A stretch of 64,000 nucleotides of DNA from Octopus sinensis (taxonomy: Eukaryota). Below are positions 26,153 through 40,500 of this stretch, piece after piece. The notes below the pieces were generated by a model that saw nothing but the letters and a program-made list of their open reading frames with translations, searched no databases and was not told the DNA's origin. The first letter of the stretch is position 1. Each line of letters starts with the position of its first letter. The position numbers were made by a program, and so were the translations under genes. Location of the stretch: NCBI RefSeq assembly GCF_006345805.1, contig NW_021832834.1, positions 37,563-101,562 on the forward strand, written 5' to 3'.

Positions 26153-26800
26153 TGGTTTGCCATTAAAAAACGCCGAAACAATGCATTGTCTAAAGAAGAA
26201 CAGGGTAAATGTTTTTTTAATTTTTCCTCTGATTTCGGAATTACTACTATTTGCGGTTAGAGCCCTGGCTGCTATTTCTAGTGGGTCGAACGGCCTATTG
26301 TAGCCGTTCCTCAATTGTTGTTGAATTTATTCATAGTCTCTGACTATTTCCTCTTTCTCACTAGACCGCTGGTGGCAAAATAATTTCTATTGAATTTTTT
26401 GCTACCCTAAATTGATTAATTGATAATTCTCTGATTAATTCCGAAATTGAATCGGCAGTTTATATTTGCTGCCGATAAGTTGGCGCGAGTACGATGATTT
26501 GAAAATTTTAGGTCAGATATTACCTAGGCATAGATATAGCTGCCTCGTGTAATTTCTGTCCCTTCTGGTACCTTTACTGATTAGCGCGTTGGCCTTTTGG
26601 AAGATTGACTTGATTAGGTTCAATTTAATTTAATCAGGCTGGTTTGCCATTAAAAAACGCCGAAACAATGCATTGTCTAAAGAAGAACAGGGTAAATGTT
26701 TTTTTGATTTTTCCTCTGATTTCGGAATTACTACTATTTGCGGTTGGAGCCCTGGCTGCTATTTCTAGTGGGTCGAACTATTGTAGCCGTTCCTCAATTG
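26153..26800 (+). mobile_element. Tandem 487-bp unit with a hammerhead motif (PLE pseudo-LTR / retrozyme-like)
   Basis: 26153-26320 repeats at 26640-26800. The junction-spanning region folds as a type-I hammerhead (26572-26682). Confidence 0.7.
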
Positions 26801-26803
26801 TTG

Positions 26804-26844
<41 letters not shown>

Positions 26845-26855
26845 ATATATATATA

Positions 26856-29630
26856 TGGAAATAGTATATTCTCCAACGGCTACTGTGAATCAGTCACCGT
26901 GCACAACAAAGCCAATGACCTGACAGTAATTGGGCTCTATAGGCCGCCCCAAACACCCATACTGTGCTTTAAAGAATGCCTCAACAGCATTAAGTGCTTT
27001 ATTCAACAGTGCCATTCTAGCAACCTACTCATGATGGGAGACTTCAATCTACCCTGTGTTGACTGGACTACAAACTGTTTGAAACCAAGCACTCCCGCCT
27101 CAACCGCTGACAAAGAAGCAGCAGAGTCACTTTTCGACTTTACGAATGAGTTTTTCTTGTCCCAACTTGTCCTTGCACCAACAAGACATCAGAAGAACAT
27201 TTTGGACCTAGTGTTTAGTAACCACACTAACACTATACATAACGTTACAGTGGAAAAAACCCTTCTTTCAGACCATGATATGGTTCTCTGTAACATGAAA
27301 TTCCACCAGCCGAAAGCTAATCCTAGTGACCTCCCTCCAGCCCACCCATTTGACAACATGGATCTCCATAATGCCAACTGGGATGCAATCAGGAACGAGC
27401 TATCACATGTTGACTGGTCCTTTACACATACACACATCTCCACCAACCAAAACATCTTGGCAGATCTTTGTAGACACCGTCACAGACATATGTGCAAAAC
27501 ACTCCCCACCAAGACCTGTGAACAAAAAGTGCAGAATCCCCCAAAACAGAAAAACCATTATCAGAAAAATAAAAAGAACAAACAAAAAAATTAACAAACT
27601 AAAGTACTGGCAACAGCAACACACACATTCGACGGCTATCGCACTGCTTGAATCCAAAAAATATAACCTCCAACAATGCATGAAGACCCTCATCAATAAC
27701 CAAAGATCAGCTGAGGAGAAGTGGGCCATTGAAAAAATCAAACTCAACCCCAAAGTGTTCTTTTCATTTGCGAGGAAACGCAGGGTCACTGTCTCCATGT
27801 TGGCCCTCTAATGATTGAAACTGGCACTCTCCAAGATAATGCCAAATCCATGGCCGAGATACTGCAGAAACAATACTGCTCTGTTTTCAGCAATCCTGAT
27901 ATGGCCGATCTGGGCTGTATCAGTGATGTCAACCCCCAACACACTATATCGGACATAACGTTTAGTGCCCCTCATGTCTTAGCGGCGATAAACGAAATAA
28001 AACACAATTCAGCAGTAGGCCCCGATAGGTTCCCTGCTTGTGTCCTGAAGATATGTCGACACCAACTTGCATCTCCCCTTGCTAATCTGTGGAGAAACTC
28101 ACTGGATGCTGGCTATATTCCAAAAAACCTTCTGTCCCAGTCTGTTGTCCCAGTTTTCAAAAAGGGAAACAAGTCCCTTGCAGTGAACTACCGTCCGATC
28201 TCACTCACCTCTCATATCATCAAGGTATTTGAGAGGGTGGTGAGATCTCGAATAACCCAATTTCTGGAAAGCAACAGACGGCTGATCTCTAACCAACATG
28301 GGTTCCGTAATGGAAGGGACTGCCTAACGCAGCTCCTGCATCACTTTGATGACATTTTGAGAGCTCTGGGAGAGGGCTCCAACACCGATGTCATCTACCT
28401 TGATTTCAGTAAGGCCTTCGACAGGGTCGATCACAAGATCCTATTGAAAAAACTATCCAACATTGGTGTCTCTGGAAAGTTACTGAAATGGATCAAGTGT
28501 TTCCTGACAGACAGATCTCAACATGTTGTAGTTGAAGGGGTAAAATCAAGCCCAGCCAAAGTCAGTAGTGGCGTTCCGCAAGGCACTGTGCTGGGCCCAC
28601 TTCTTTTCATCATCTACATTAATGACATTAATGACATCATCAAGCACAGCAACATAAAAATCTTTGCAGATGATTCCAAGCTACAGAAGGTCATAAATGA
28701 GGCGAGTGACCGGACATGCCTTCAGTCAGATCTACTGGCTGTTATCCAATGGGCAGAAAAAAACAATATGCTGCTGAACGAGGATAAATTTGAGTTAATC
28801 CACTTTGGAAAAGAGGATGCCCTGAAACTCCCATACTCCCTTCCTTCAGGTGAAACACTCGCGGCGTCCAACAACATCAGAGACTTGGGAGTAATTGTGG
28901 ACAACAACATAAGCTGGGCCACTCATATAAACACCAAAGTTGACATGGCCCGCAGAATGTGTTCCTGGATTCTCAGAACTTTCCAGTCGAGAGATATCCA
29001 CACCATTATCCTTCTCTTCTCCACTTTTGCCCGACCCCACCTTGAATACTGTTGTCCACTGTGGTCTCCCCACACAATACAAGGTATCATAAAAGTTGAA
29101 GCACCTCAAAGGGCAATCACAAAAAAGATAGATGGCATGACATACCTCGACTATTGGGGTCGACTATAAAAGCTTAAACTTTATTCTCTCCAACGTCGTC
29201 GTGAGCGCTACATCATCTGCATGATGTGGAAAATATTCCATCAGCATTGCCCAAATGATGTTGGCATCACCTTTAAGGTACATCCAAGGCTTGGGCCCCG
29301 TGCCATCCGCCCAAAACAAAAATCGCACTCTCATCTCATAACAACAATACGGCACAATTATTTCACCTCAATTGGCCCCGCTCTCTTTAACATTACACCA
29401 AAACACATTAAAACAGAAACTGACCCTATAGGGTTCAAGAAGTCTTTGGACAGATTCCTTCAAGAAATCCGGATAAACCCCCTACACCAGGATATGTCTC
29501 TGTAAACAATACTCTCTACTTGAGTGGGCCATAGTGCCCAAATTCTGACTTGAAAGACTTCACAGGTGGTGCTATTAAGTTAGACATGGCCTGGGCCAAT
29601 AATGGCCGAAACTATCAAAGTATCAAAGTA
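26856..29630 (+). mobile_element. CR1/L2-group LINE #2 (same family as #1), lacking ORF1, with APE-RT remnants
   Basis: ORFs 26644-27594 (YRPP, GDFNLP, LDLVF, SDH) and 27811-29169 (complete RT core, YLDFSKAFDRVDH, FADD). Tail (tatcaaag)n at 29612-29635. Confidence 0.92.
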
Positions 29631-29634
29631 TCAA

Positions 29635-29667
<33 letters not shown>

Positions 29668-29699
29668 ATATATAATATATATATATATGTGTGTGTGTG

Positions 29700-29779
<80 letters not shown>

Positions 29780-29789
<10 letters not shown>

Positions 29790-29985
29790 CGTGTGTCTAT
29801 GTCTATCCCCACAACATCGCTTGATAACCGATGCTGGTGTGTTTACTTACGTTTCGGCCAAATGAGAGGGATTGAATAAGTAATAAGCTTACAAAAAAAA
29901 CTCCTGCGGTCGGTGTGCCTGTCCAAATGTGGTACTCCAGCATGGCCACAGCCAAATGACTGAAATAAGTAAAAGACTAAAGACT
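29780..29985 (+). mobile_element. SINE 3' half (gtgctccagcatggccacag tail family)
   Basis: (GT)n-tgtccccac.acatcgcttga.aaccgatgctggtgtgtttac...ccagcatggccacag..aaatgactgaaa. Also present at 46445-46660 and 60290-60510. Confidence 0.8.
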
Positions 29986-29990
29986 AAAAT

Positions 29991-30034
<44 letters not shown>

Positions 30035-30360
30035 GCAAAATTGAGGGGCACAATTGTGTAGGAATACCCCATAGGCATTCGATACAGAGTATAACTGTTC
30101 CAAAAAACAGTTTGTGTGAGATTTGGCTGCTTGTTCTAGCATGTAGATATCCTGTTTGAAGTCCGTAAAATCGGGAGGTGAATGGGTTGATGTAGATAGA
30201 AAAGGTGAAAAATGTAGAAACGATGGCGCAAATGATATGAAGTTGCTAATTTTGCGAATTTTCTATCGTTTTTGGATATCTCCATAAACGAAAACATGGT
30301 TCTCCGTAAAAAAATACGAAAATATGGGAGTGTTGGGTTAAGTCTCCCCCATGTGTACCT

Positions 30361-31021
30361 CACATTCTGGGTGACCAGGAGAAATATATTTCTTGTAGCA
30401 ATTTAGGAGGGGAAAATGCTTGTCTTTCCTCTCAGCCAGGTTTCTCTAACTACTACCACATCCAAATTATGGGACCTGAGGTTATTGAGGAAAAGCCCAT
30501 TTCCAATTCGACGCCAGGCTGTAAACATTTAAACATCCTACGTCGAGTGTAAACACGAAGGAAAAATTGGGTCAACCTTAGGATGTAGATGGGCGTTAAC
30601 CCCTCCCGTTCCATTTATTTCGGACTACTCGTGTAGTCTCTATGTGTGTGTGTGTGTATGTGTGTTTGAGTGTGAGTGTGTGAGTGTGTGTATGTGTGAG
30701 TCTTCATGTTTATGTGTGTCCTTATCCTACGATCGCAGCCTGACACACTGTTGCTTTGTTTATGTCTCTATAAACTAACGTTCAGTGATACAGGACGGAA
30801 GAATAAGGACAGATTAGAAATAAATAAATAAACAGGTCCAGTTAATCGCTCAGAAACTCTTGAATGCAGTGCTGCAGCATGGCCACAATCCAATGGATAA
30901 AAGAAATCCAAGGTAAAGAGCAAACTACTAAAACCTTCGATGTAAGGATGTTCTATTGAGCTTATTACTGCATTACCCCAACCTCCCATGCTTTACTCTC
31001 TCCATCCCTCTCCCTCTCTCT

Positions 31022-31120
<99 letters not shown>

Positions 31121-31619
31121 CCATACACAAACGGACGCAGGGAAAAGAATTACAGGCACACACAGAACAAAAGCACACACGCAGAAATATACACTAATAT
31201 TAACAGGCATATTTTACGTCAAGGAGGCTACTCTCTATTATGACCTATGATTGAGAGTTCTCTCCCTTAAGACTATTTTATAATTATTTTTTTTATATAC
31301 GTTAAATATAAAGGACTATTTACGTGATCACGTGACCTATCAGGCTATCAGATGTTGCTACACATCGCTGGTCACAATGCGCGTCGCATTGTTTTAGCCT
31401 TCAAATGACGCCATCCCGCTGGCTAAGCGAGCACGCCAACAGAAGAAAGTGTGGGAGAAAGGTGCGGCGACAGAGTACAGCAGGGATCACCACCAGCCCC
31501 TATCGGAACCTAGTGGAGCTATAGGTGTTTTCGCTCAATACACACTCACAACGCTCGGTCTGGGAATCGTGATACTATGAGCGCGTGTCTGCTGCCCTCA
31601 CCTCTGGGCCATTGCGCCT

Positions 31620-31656
<37 letters not shown>

Positions 31657-31731
31657 ATTATTTATTTATATATATATGTTTATTTATTTACATATATATA
31701 TATTTTTTATTTTGCATTTTGTGTGTGTGTG

Positions 31732-31765
<34 letters not shown>

Positions 31766-32914
31766 TGTATGTATGTATGTATGTATGTATGTATGTATGT
31801 ATGGCGTTAACCCATCTCGTTCCATTTATTTCGTAGGTTGTGAAGTCTCCATGTGTGACTGTGTGTATGTGTGTGTGTGAGAGAGTGTGTGTGTGTGTGT
31901 GTGTTCATGTTTGTGTATGTCCTTATCCTACGAACGCAGCCTGACACGGTGTTGCTATGTTTATGTCTCTATAAAGCAAATTTTAGGTATATAGGACGGA
32001 GGAATAAGGACAGATTACAAATAGATAAATAAACAGGTCCAGTTAACCCTACGAAAACTCTTAAAGCCGGTGCTCCAGCATGGCCACAACCCAATGAATG
32101 AAAGAAATCCAAAGTAACTAAGGAGCTTCTAGTAGCCGGGACCTTGCCTATGTAACATTTCGAGGTCAAACTTACTGGTCACAGGCTTCTGATCACTGTA
32201 GTTGACGTAGTGAAATTGTGCACGCACAAATACATCTTTATCTATACATCTAAGAAATAGCCTGTCCATATAAGATCTCGAAGACCCATCGCTATTCATC
32301 CATGTCCACAGTGGAGCGTCTGGGTGTTCTAGTATATACAGATTTGCCAGTATAAACGCTTAAGCAGATCGAAAAGGTACGTGTTTCTCCTCCTATCCGT
32401 ATTCGAGCAAACACAATCCAATAAGGAGTGTGACGTACCTAGAAAATTCTCTAACCTAGAAAATTGTCCGGCCGTCGGAGTTCATAAACAGTCACCAGCC
32501 TGAAAGACTTATCAATGATGAGGGTTACATCAAATACGACCAGGCTACTCCCACCCCCGGATCAATAAAGATTACTCTTGTCTCTAAATCCAGTTTTTCT
32601 TGAGCACAACTGCAACCTCACATTCAGGGTGACCAGGAGAAATAAATTTCTCGTAGCAGTTTAGGAGGGGAGAAATGCTTATCTGTCTACTCAGCCACGC
32701 TTCTCTAACTACTGCCACATCCAAATTATGCGACCTGATGTCATTGACGAAAAGCCCTTGTTTCCATTTCGATGACAGGATGTAAACATTCAAACACCCT
32801 ACGTCGAGTGTAAACACGAAGAAAATATTTGGTCTACCTTAGGTTTGAGATGGGCATTAACCCCTAACGTTCCATTTATTTCGGAGCCTGTAAAGTTTCT
32901 ACGTATGTGTGTGT

Positions 32915-32954
<40 letters not shown>

Positions 32955-33302
32955 TTCTGTGTGTGTGCGTGTGTGAGTCGTCAAGTGTATGTGTGTCCTT
33001 ATCCTATGATCGCAGCCTGACACGGTGTTGCTTTGTTTATGTCTCTATAAGGCAACCTTTGTCGATACAGGACGGAAGAATAAGTAAAAATTAGAAATAA
33101 ATAAATAAATAAACAGGTCCAGTTAACCGATCAGAAACTCTTGAATGCAGTGCTGCAGCATGGCCACTATCCAATGGATAAAAGAAATCCAAGGTAAAGA
33201 GCAAACTGCTAAAACCTTCGATGTAAGGATGTTCTATTGAGCTTATTACTGCATTACCCCAACCTCCCATGCTTTACTCTCTCCATCCCTCTCCCTCTCT
33301 CT

Positions 33303-33344
<42 letters not shown>

Positions 33345-33779
33345 CCCGCATACGCAAACAGACTCGAGAATAGAAGCGTTTGAACACACCGAACAAAAAG
33401 CACACACGCAGAAATATACACTAATATTAACAGGCATATTTTACGTCAAGGAGGCTACTCTCTATTATATGAACTATGATTGAGAGTTACCTCCCTTAAC
33501 ACAATTTTATAATTATTTTTATATACGTTAAATCTAAACTACTTTTTACGGCCTTTCGTTTCCATTTCTTAAACATCGGAAGGCAGTCATGCTGGAGCAC
33601 GGCATTGAAGTGTTTAGTCAACCACACAACGAGTAGTGCTTCTCTTTCTTCAGATTGCTGCTTATTTGTTTGTTCTCTCTTCATATAACAGCTACGTTAC
33701 ATGGATGTGAACAAACAGCGGATGTCTGGTGAAGATAGGACAAACAGAAACATACACAGCTATAGATAAGTGTGTATGC

Positions 33780-33835
<56 letters not shown>

Positions 33836-34140
33836 TGTGTGTGTTGTGTGTCACGTGATCACGTGACCGACCAGGCTATCAGATGTTGATACACATCGCT
33901 GGTCACAATGCGCTTCGCATTGTTTTAGCCTTCAAATGATGCCGCCCCGATGGCTAAGCGAGCAGGCCAAGAGAAGAAAGAGTGAGAGAAAGTTGTGGCG
34001 GAAGAGTAAAGCAGGGATCGGCCCCAGCCCCTATCGGAGCCTAGTGGAGCTATAGGTGTTTTCGCTCAATACACACTCACAACGCTCGGTCTGGGAATCA
34101 AAACCACGATCCTACGACCGCGTGTCCGCTGCCCTAAACA
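30361..34140. repeat. Tandem segmental duplication of a composite unit (Tx1 endonuclease fragment, SINE tail, CT/CA tract, tRNA-SINE)
   Basis: 30361-31621 is repeated at about 32610-34140, with a partial third copy at 31800-32160. ORF 32584-32817 (minus) resembles the Tx1 EN N-terminus. Confidence 0.85.
31320..31621 (-). mobile_element. tRNA-derived SINE, third family (second copy at 33850-34138)
   Basis: Minus-strand head tggaggcgcaatggcccagagg...gattcccagaccgagcgttgtgagtgtgtattgagcgaaaacacc; ends in cacgtgatcacgtg. Confidence 0.8.
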
Positions 34141-34157
34141 CTGGGCCATTGCGCTCC

Positions 34158-34193
<36 letters not shown>

Positions 34194-34469
34194 ATATATA
34201 TATAAATATTATATATTATATATTATATATGTTATATAAGATATATGTAGGTGTATATATATGTATTATATAGACATGTATTATATATATGTGGTATATA
34301 ATATATGTATATATATTATATGTATTATGTATATATAATATATATATATATATATTATATAATATTATATATATATATAGTATATATATTATATATAATA
34401 GATTATTTATTTATATTTATTATTGACTTATATATATACGTAGAAAAATTTGAAGATAATGATTCTAAA

Positions 34470-34567
34470 AAAATAACACATTGTTTTAAAATGCCATTTA
34501 TTCAAAAGAAAAATAAATAAATCTCATCTCCCGATATATATTTACACACACACACACACACACACAC

Positions 34568-34612
<45 letters not shown>

Positions 34613-34630
34613 TATATATATATTATATTT

Positions 34631-34662
<32 letters not shown>

Positions 34663-34857
34663 TATATATATATATTATAGGGGGGGACATGGAGAAAATT
34701 TAACCCACCTCTACTACTTTTTTTGTGAGATGCGTAGAAAATTTTGGGATACTGATTCCCCCCCAAAAAAGGTTTGTAAAATGCCATTTATTCAAAAGAA
34801 AAATAAATAAATCTCATCTCCCGATATATATTTACACACACACACACACACACACAC

Positions 34858-34902
<45 letters not shown>

Positions 34903-34920
34903 TATATATATATTATATTT

Positions 34921-34952
<32 letters not shown>

Positions 34953-35120
34953 TATATATATATATTATAGGGGGGGACATGGAGAAAATTTAACCCACCT
35001 CTACTACTTTTTTTGTGAGATGCGTAGAAAATTTTGGAGATACTGATTCCCCCCCAAAAAAGGTTTGTAAAATGCCATTTATTCAAAAGAAAAATAAATA
35101 AATCTCGCCTCCCGATTCTA
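34470..35120 (+). repeat. Near-identical ~290-bp tandem duplication
   Basis: 34490-34780 and 34780-35070 repeat almost base for base, including the microsatellites. Confidence 0.9.
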
Positions 35121-36039
35121 CGGTTTTCAACCAGGCTATCTACATGCTAGAAATAAAAGCCATACCTCGAGCAAACTTTATTTGGCACGTAATTACAGAC
35201 TCTGTATCGAATGCTTTGCATTTTACCCCATGAGGCCATAGAGTTCATTTCGTTACTATCATCTATCTCTTGTAGTTCCTACTCTTCGTTTTCTCTTTCT
35301 CTCTCCTTCCGCAGTGTGAATGTACATGGCTCAGTGATGACGTCGACAGGATCACAATCTCGAGATAGTGAGATCGATTCATGGAACGGGCTGTTTGTTG
35401 AAGTTATTGAGCAAGACACTTTATTTCACGTTACTCCAGTTCACTCAGCTGTTGAAATGAGTTGTGACATCACTGGGCCAAGCTGTTGGCATGGAGACGG
35501 TATTCTGTTATGCATGACTGCCGGTCATCCATAAACAAACTTGCCCGGATATGTACCTTGTTGGGGAACTCTCTAGGTGCAATCTCCTGGTCATTCATTA
35601 CGAAAGAGGATCTACAAAAACCTGCACGATCCTACCTCCTTCCCTTAGATCATTCCCATATCCCCCCACGCCCGAGAATTTGTAGTTCTGCAACCTGCAT
35701 GGCAACCTCAATAGTCGGGTAGTATGATAAAAGCACCGAGCCCATGCTGTAAATTGGTTGATGTTAGGAAGGTCATCTAACCAGAAATAGGAGACCAAAA
35801 CAGACATTTGAGCGCAGTGCAGAACTTGGATCCTGTCCAGCCCAAGCCAGAAAGGAACATGGATGTTAGATGATGATGACAATGATGATGATGTTAAGTA
35901 CTCTGTTGATGATGACAATCAAGGAAATGATGAACATGATTATAAGCAATTTAGAATTGTTTTGTATGTGATTATATGTGTTATTTTATTTTTTTTTTGT
36001 TATTTCATCTAGTTTCGGTTCAGGAGATGTGGTCATGCT

Positions 36040-37230
36040 GGGGTTCTGACATTTGGTGTTACTACATAATTCTACTTCACGAATGCTTTTTAGCAATTGG
36101 CATTTGGTGCATGAGAGAGTTTGATGCAGCTGCCCTCATCTGCACCCCCTGCCGTGAAGTTGGTTCATCTGGGACATCTGACAGGAAGAGGTCCAGCATT
36201 ATTTTGAAGACACCTGCATCCACCCCATGCAGGTGTCTCAGGTCCTTCGGGGGGATATTGAAGAGCTGTGGATCTCTAAAGCCCCAGGCTACTGCAGTAT
36301 TTTTTCCTACATCTTGATGGCAAGTTTGGAGTCATTGACACTATGCAGTGGCGCCCAGTTCTAGTATTTGTGTAACTCTGGATGGCAAAGTTTGGGACAA
36401 GTCCTTCCAGGATGTTCCACATGTATATTATGGCATATCTTTCTCGCTTACGCTCTAAGGAATCGAGTCTTAATATCTTGAGTCTTTCCCAATAGATTAT
36501 ATGCTGCATAGAGGCTATCTTCTTCATGTAGCTTCGTTGGATTGCCTCAAGTTGGTGACCATCGCTGAGAGCAATAGTCAAAGTGGCATAGGACAAGTGT
36601 CCTCCAGAGGCCAACATGGTTTCCTAGTCTCTCGTTCTAAAAGTTCTATGAATGCATCCGGTCAGCCGCCTATATTTCATTGCCAATTTAGCAACATGCA
36701 CATGAAAGGTTGCATCATCACTCATGTAAATACCCAGGTCTCACACTGATTGTGCCTCTGGGATTGCCATCCCTCCAGGTCCAGTGTATTTATTGGGTAT
36801 TACGTATATTTTTGCATGCTATTCTTCTCAGCCCACTTGTATATTTTGTCCAGCTCACATTGCAGGTGCTTAGTGTCTTCAGGGTTCTGTATCATCTGCA
36901 TAACTTGTGATCGTGGCTCTCTGTGTGGCTGAAGGCATATCTGAGGGGGCCATTATGAGCAGAAGTGGTTCCAAAACAGTGATTTGCAGAACACCTGTCC
37001 CTATTTGCGTGTCATTGGAGGTGGCTCCATTGGCTATTACCACCTGACTTCTATCCTTCTGAAAGTCATGAAACCATTCTCCCAATATACCGACCATGCC
37101 AACATCACGCACTTTGTGACGTATCATTCCATCATCGACTTTATCAAACGCCTTTGCGAAGTCGAGATACATCACTTCCACATCTGAGTGGTTGAGCAGG
37201 TGTTTCAGCACCCAGTCATAGTCTTCTAAG
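36040..37230 (-). mobile_element. CR1/L2-group LINE #3, 5'-truncated RT to 3' end
   Basis: DVEVMYLDFAKAFDKVD, SYADDT and LEAIQRSY...YWERLKILRLDSLERKRERY in ORFs 36276-37211. Confidence 0.88.
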
Positions 37231-37242
37231 AATGTCTATGTG

Positions 37243-37281
<39 letters not shown>

Positions 37282-37307
37282 AATAGATAGATATAGATAG
37301 ATAGATA

Positions 37308-37372
<65 letters not shown>

Positions 37373-37494
37373 AGATAGATAGATAGACAGACAGATAGAT
37401 AGATAGATAGAATAGATAGGTAGATAGATAGATAGATTATAGATAGATAGATAAATAGATATGAGTGAGAGAGGTAGAGGATAGATAGATAGAT

Positions 37495-37525
<31 letters not shown>

Positions 37526-37549
37526 TAGAGATAGATAGATAGATAGATA

Positions 37550-40500
37550 ACTTTTTTATTGTAGCCACACAGGGCTAAACACAGAATAAAATGGACGAAA
37601 TACAATGTAGAATTTTTTCTTTTCGAGGTGGGATGGGTGGGGTACAAAAAAAAAGCGTTTGATCAATAGGGATCTGTGGGTTGTGTGGTGTATAAAAAAA
37701 GCAATATAAACATATATATATATAAGGTTCACAGTCTAGGTGTAGCCTTGGAAAGAAAAACCTACAAAAAAGACCAAGGTCACCTTAGACAATTCGAAAA
37801 AGAACACATGAGTAAGTCGCCTTACTTCTCGTTGTCTCTTTTGGTTACAGATTTATGCTTAAAATAGTGTCGCCTTTCATACTGACCATTTTTGCCACTT
37901 TTACTCACTTTTTATTAAAACATTCGTTCGACAAAGCCTTCCTCTCTATTCTCATCCTCCTATTCAAGTGGTACTTGAAAAAGTTGACGAGAGACTGACC
38001 AGAGAGGAAGGTGTTTGTTTGCAGTCCTTTCAAACGCGTCCACCACACACGTTCTTTCGCCATAGCCATCAGCGTAACGATAACCGTTTTCCCTTCCCGT
38101 TTAAAGGAAGGTGGTGGAACAATATTCACGATAGACTCAGCCGATAGGCGAGCCCGACCTACACGTGACAACAGCTGTTCGACGAAGGACCACAGCTTTG
38201 AAATATCTGGACACGAGTGCGTGCAGAACGGTTTCGTCACTCTGACCGCTTCTCGGGCAGATCGGTCCGGTGATGGTTTTCGAACCGTGTCTGTAGCTCT
38301 TCTCTCGAACAGGTAGTGCGTCTCGATAGCACTGCCAAGCCAGGGATTTCTGGAAGTCATCCATAGGCCCCGGCCCGAACGTCGTCCTGAACAGGCGGGT
38401 TAGGAATTTCTCGTCGACGCCCAGGTTTGCCCCGAGTGTGTCGTCGGACCTCCCCTCCACTAGTCCTCTATAGAACGCTTTAGTCGTTTGTACGTTGCAC
38501 AAGTTTGACCCCGGTCGGCAGAGCTGCTGTAGAGCTTGGCGACGCTCTCGGTGCCAATCGCCCAGTTTCGGTCTCTTCTTGATCCCCGTTTGCAGTTCGG
38601 TCAGTGAGACGAGCTGCGGGAAGTCGCGCCTCACAAACGGCGCCCACACCTGTTCACCGTCATCGATGAAATTCCAGAGATGTCGCAGTCTCAGCGCATG
38701 CCTGCGCATCATCAACCACGGCATGCCCAGTCCTCCATTCAACGGATGTTGACAGCAAATGGACTTCCTCACCATCGGAACGCCACCCTTCCACAGGAAG
38801 CGGAAGAGTATGCGTTCCAGTTTGGTGATGGTGGCGTCGGGACAAGGTACGACGGTCAGGCGGTAATCGATGACGGATGCGATGTACGCGTTCGCCACCT
38901 CCGCCCGGCCTTTTAGAGACAGCTTTCTCTCGGCCCATGTTTGGCTGAGAGCGACCACTCTACTCGTGATCTCGTCCCAGTTCTTATCCGTTTGGAGGTC
39001 CGGACTGAACTAGACTCCGAGCAATTTAACCGGTCCGTCCGTCCAGCGTCCCACTACTGAGCCGCAGTCGGACGGCATGGGCTTGCTTCTCCAGGTGCCG
39101 AGTAGCAAACCCACTGACTTTTCCGGGTTAATCTTTGCTCCCGTCACCGTTTCGTATTTTCTTAGTGTCTCGCCTATCATCTTGATGTGTTTGTCGCTCG
39201 ACACTATGACGGTGACATCGTCCGCATATGCCGACACGCTCGTCCCGCAACCCAGTTCCCGTGGGATGCTCCTCAGCGTCGCCAGCTTCCGCAGTAGCGG
39301 CTCGAGAGTCAATACATACAGAAGCGCCGACAGGGGACACCCCTGACGGACCGAACGCGTGATGTCAAACAGTTTCGACAGGTGATCGTTCACCCGAATC
39401 ACCGATCGGATGCTGCTATACAAGGCAGCGATCCAACCGCGGAAGACGGGACCGAAGCCAGCCGCCCTGAGGACGGCCGCCAAGTACCGATGGTCGACCC
39501 TATCGAAGGCTTTAGACTTATCCAAATTTATCAGCGCCCCGCCCATGCCAGGATCCTTAACTACCCTGTCCATAATGTAGCGCATTAGATGGAGGTTGTC
39601 ATGTATGGTTCTGCCCGGCACGGCGCATGTTTGCGCCCTGTCGACCAGTTTACCAATGACAAGCGCCAACCTCAGGGCTTTTCCTTTGGCCAAAATTTTC
39701 AAATCTGCGTTGAGCAGAGTGATGGGCCTGAAATTATCTATAAAATTCCCCTTGTTTGGGTCTTTCTTCAGCAACGTCACTGCACCTCGGCTCACGAAAC
39801 CGGGGATTCTCCCGTTTTGTTGCCAGTTGCAGTAGACTGATGCCAAGAGGTCGCCAAACAAGTCTGGCATTTGACAATACAGCTCGTAGGGTAAACCATC
39901 CAATCCAGGCGACTTGTCCCTCGCGCAGCCCGCCATCGCATCCCACACGTCAGCGGCTGTGATGGGACTTTCACAACACTCCGCTTCTCTTGCCGAGAGC
40001 CGCGGCAGGTCGGTCAGGTAGGCACTGAAATCCATCCCGCGTTCCGACCCACCACTCGCACCAAACAGTCGAGCAAAGTGCTGTTGAAAGGCCTCACACA
40101 TCCTTTCGGGTTCGAGTAAACTGCATCCCTGTTGATCTATTAGAGACCGAATGGTGGCTCTGTTGCCACGCTGCGCCTCCGCTACCCGGGCCTCTCGCGC
40201 AGCTTCGATCCATTCGTTCCTTAAGGCACGCATTTTAGCTCTGACGACGCAACCTTCGTGTTTGGCGTTGAGGTGTTGGTCGAGGGCCATCCTCGCAGAT
40301 AGCACATTGGTTGCGCTGCCAGTGGTAAGTGCCTCTTCTAGTTTCTTAACCAAGTCTCCCTCTACACTATTTCGTTCTATCGCTAATTCCTTGCTAAACC
40401 TAATTGATTCCGATTTTATTGCCATTTTCAGGGCGTACCACCAGCGGTTGTTAACGACGGCTCCCGTCAGCGCCCTCTTAATTAACTCGCTAATCCGGTT

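Noticed and set aside
31560-31621. tRNA genes at SINE heads
   Set aside because: Only A/B-box-like remnants fused to SINE bodies; no complete cloverleaf.
36208-36238. 12-bp hairpin agacacctgcat/atgcaggtgtct
   Set aside because: It lies inside LINE coding sequence, occurs once, and has no further support.
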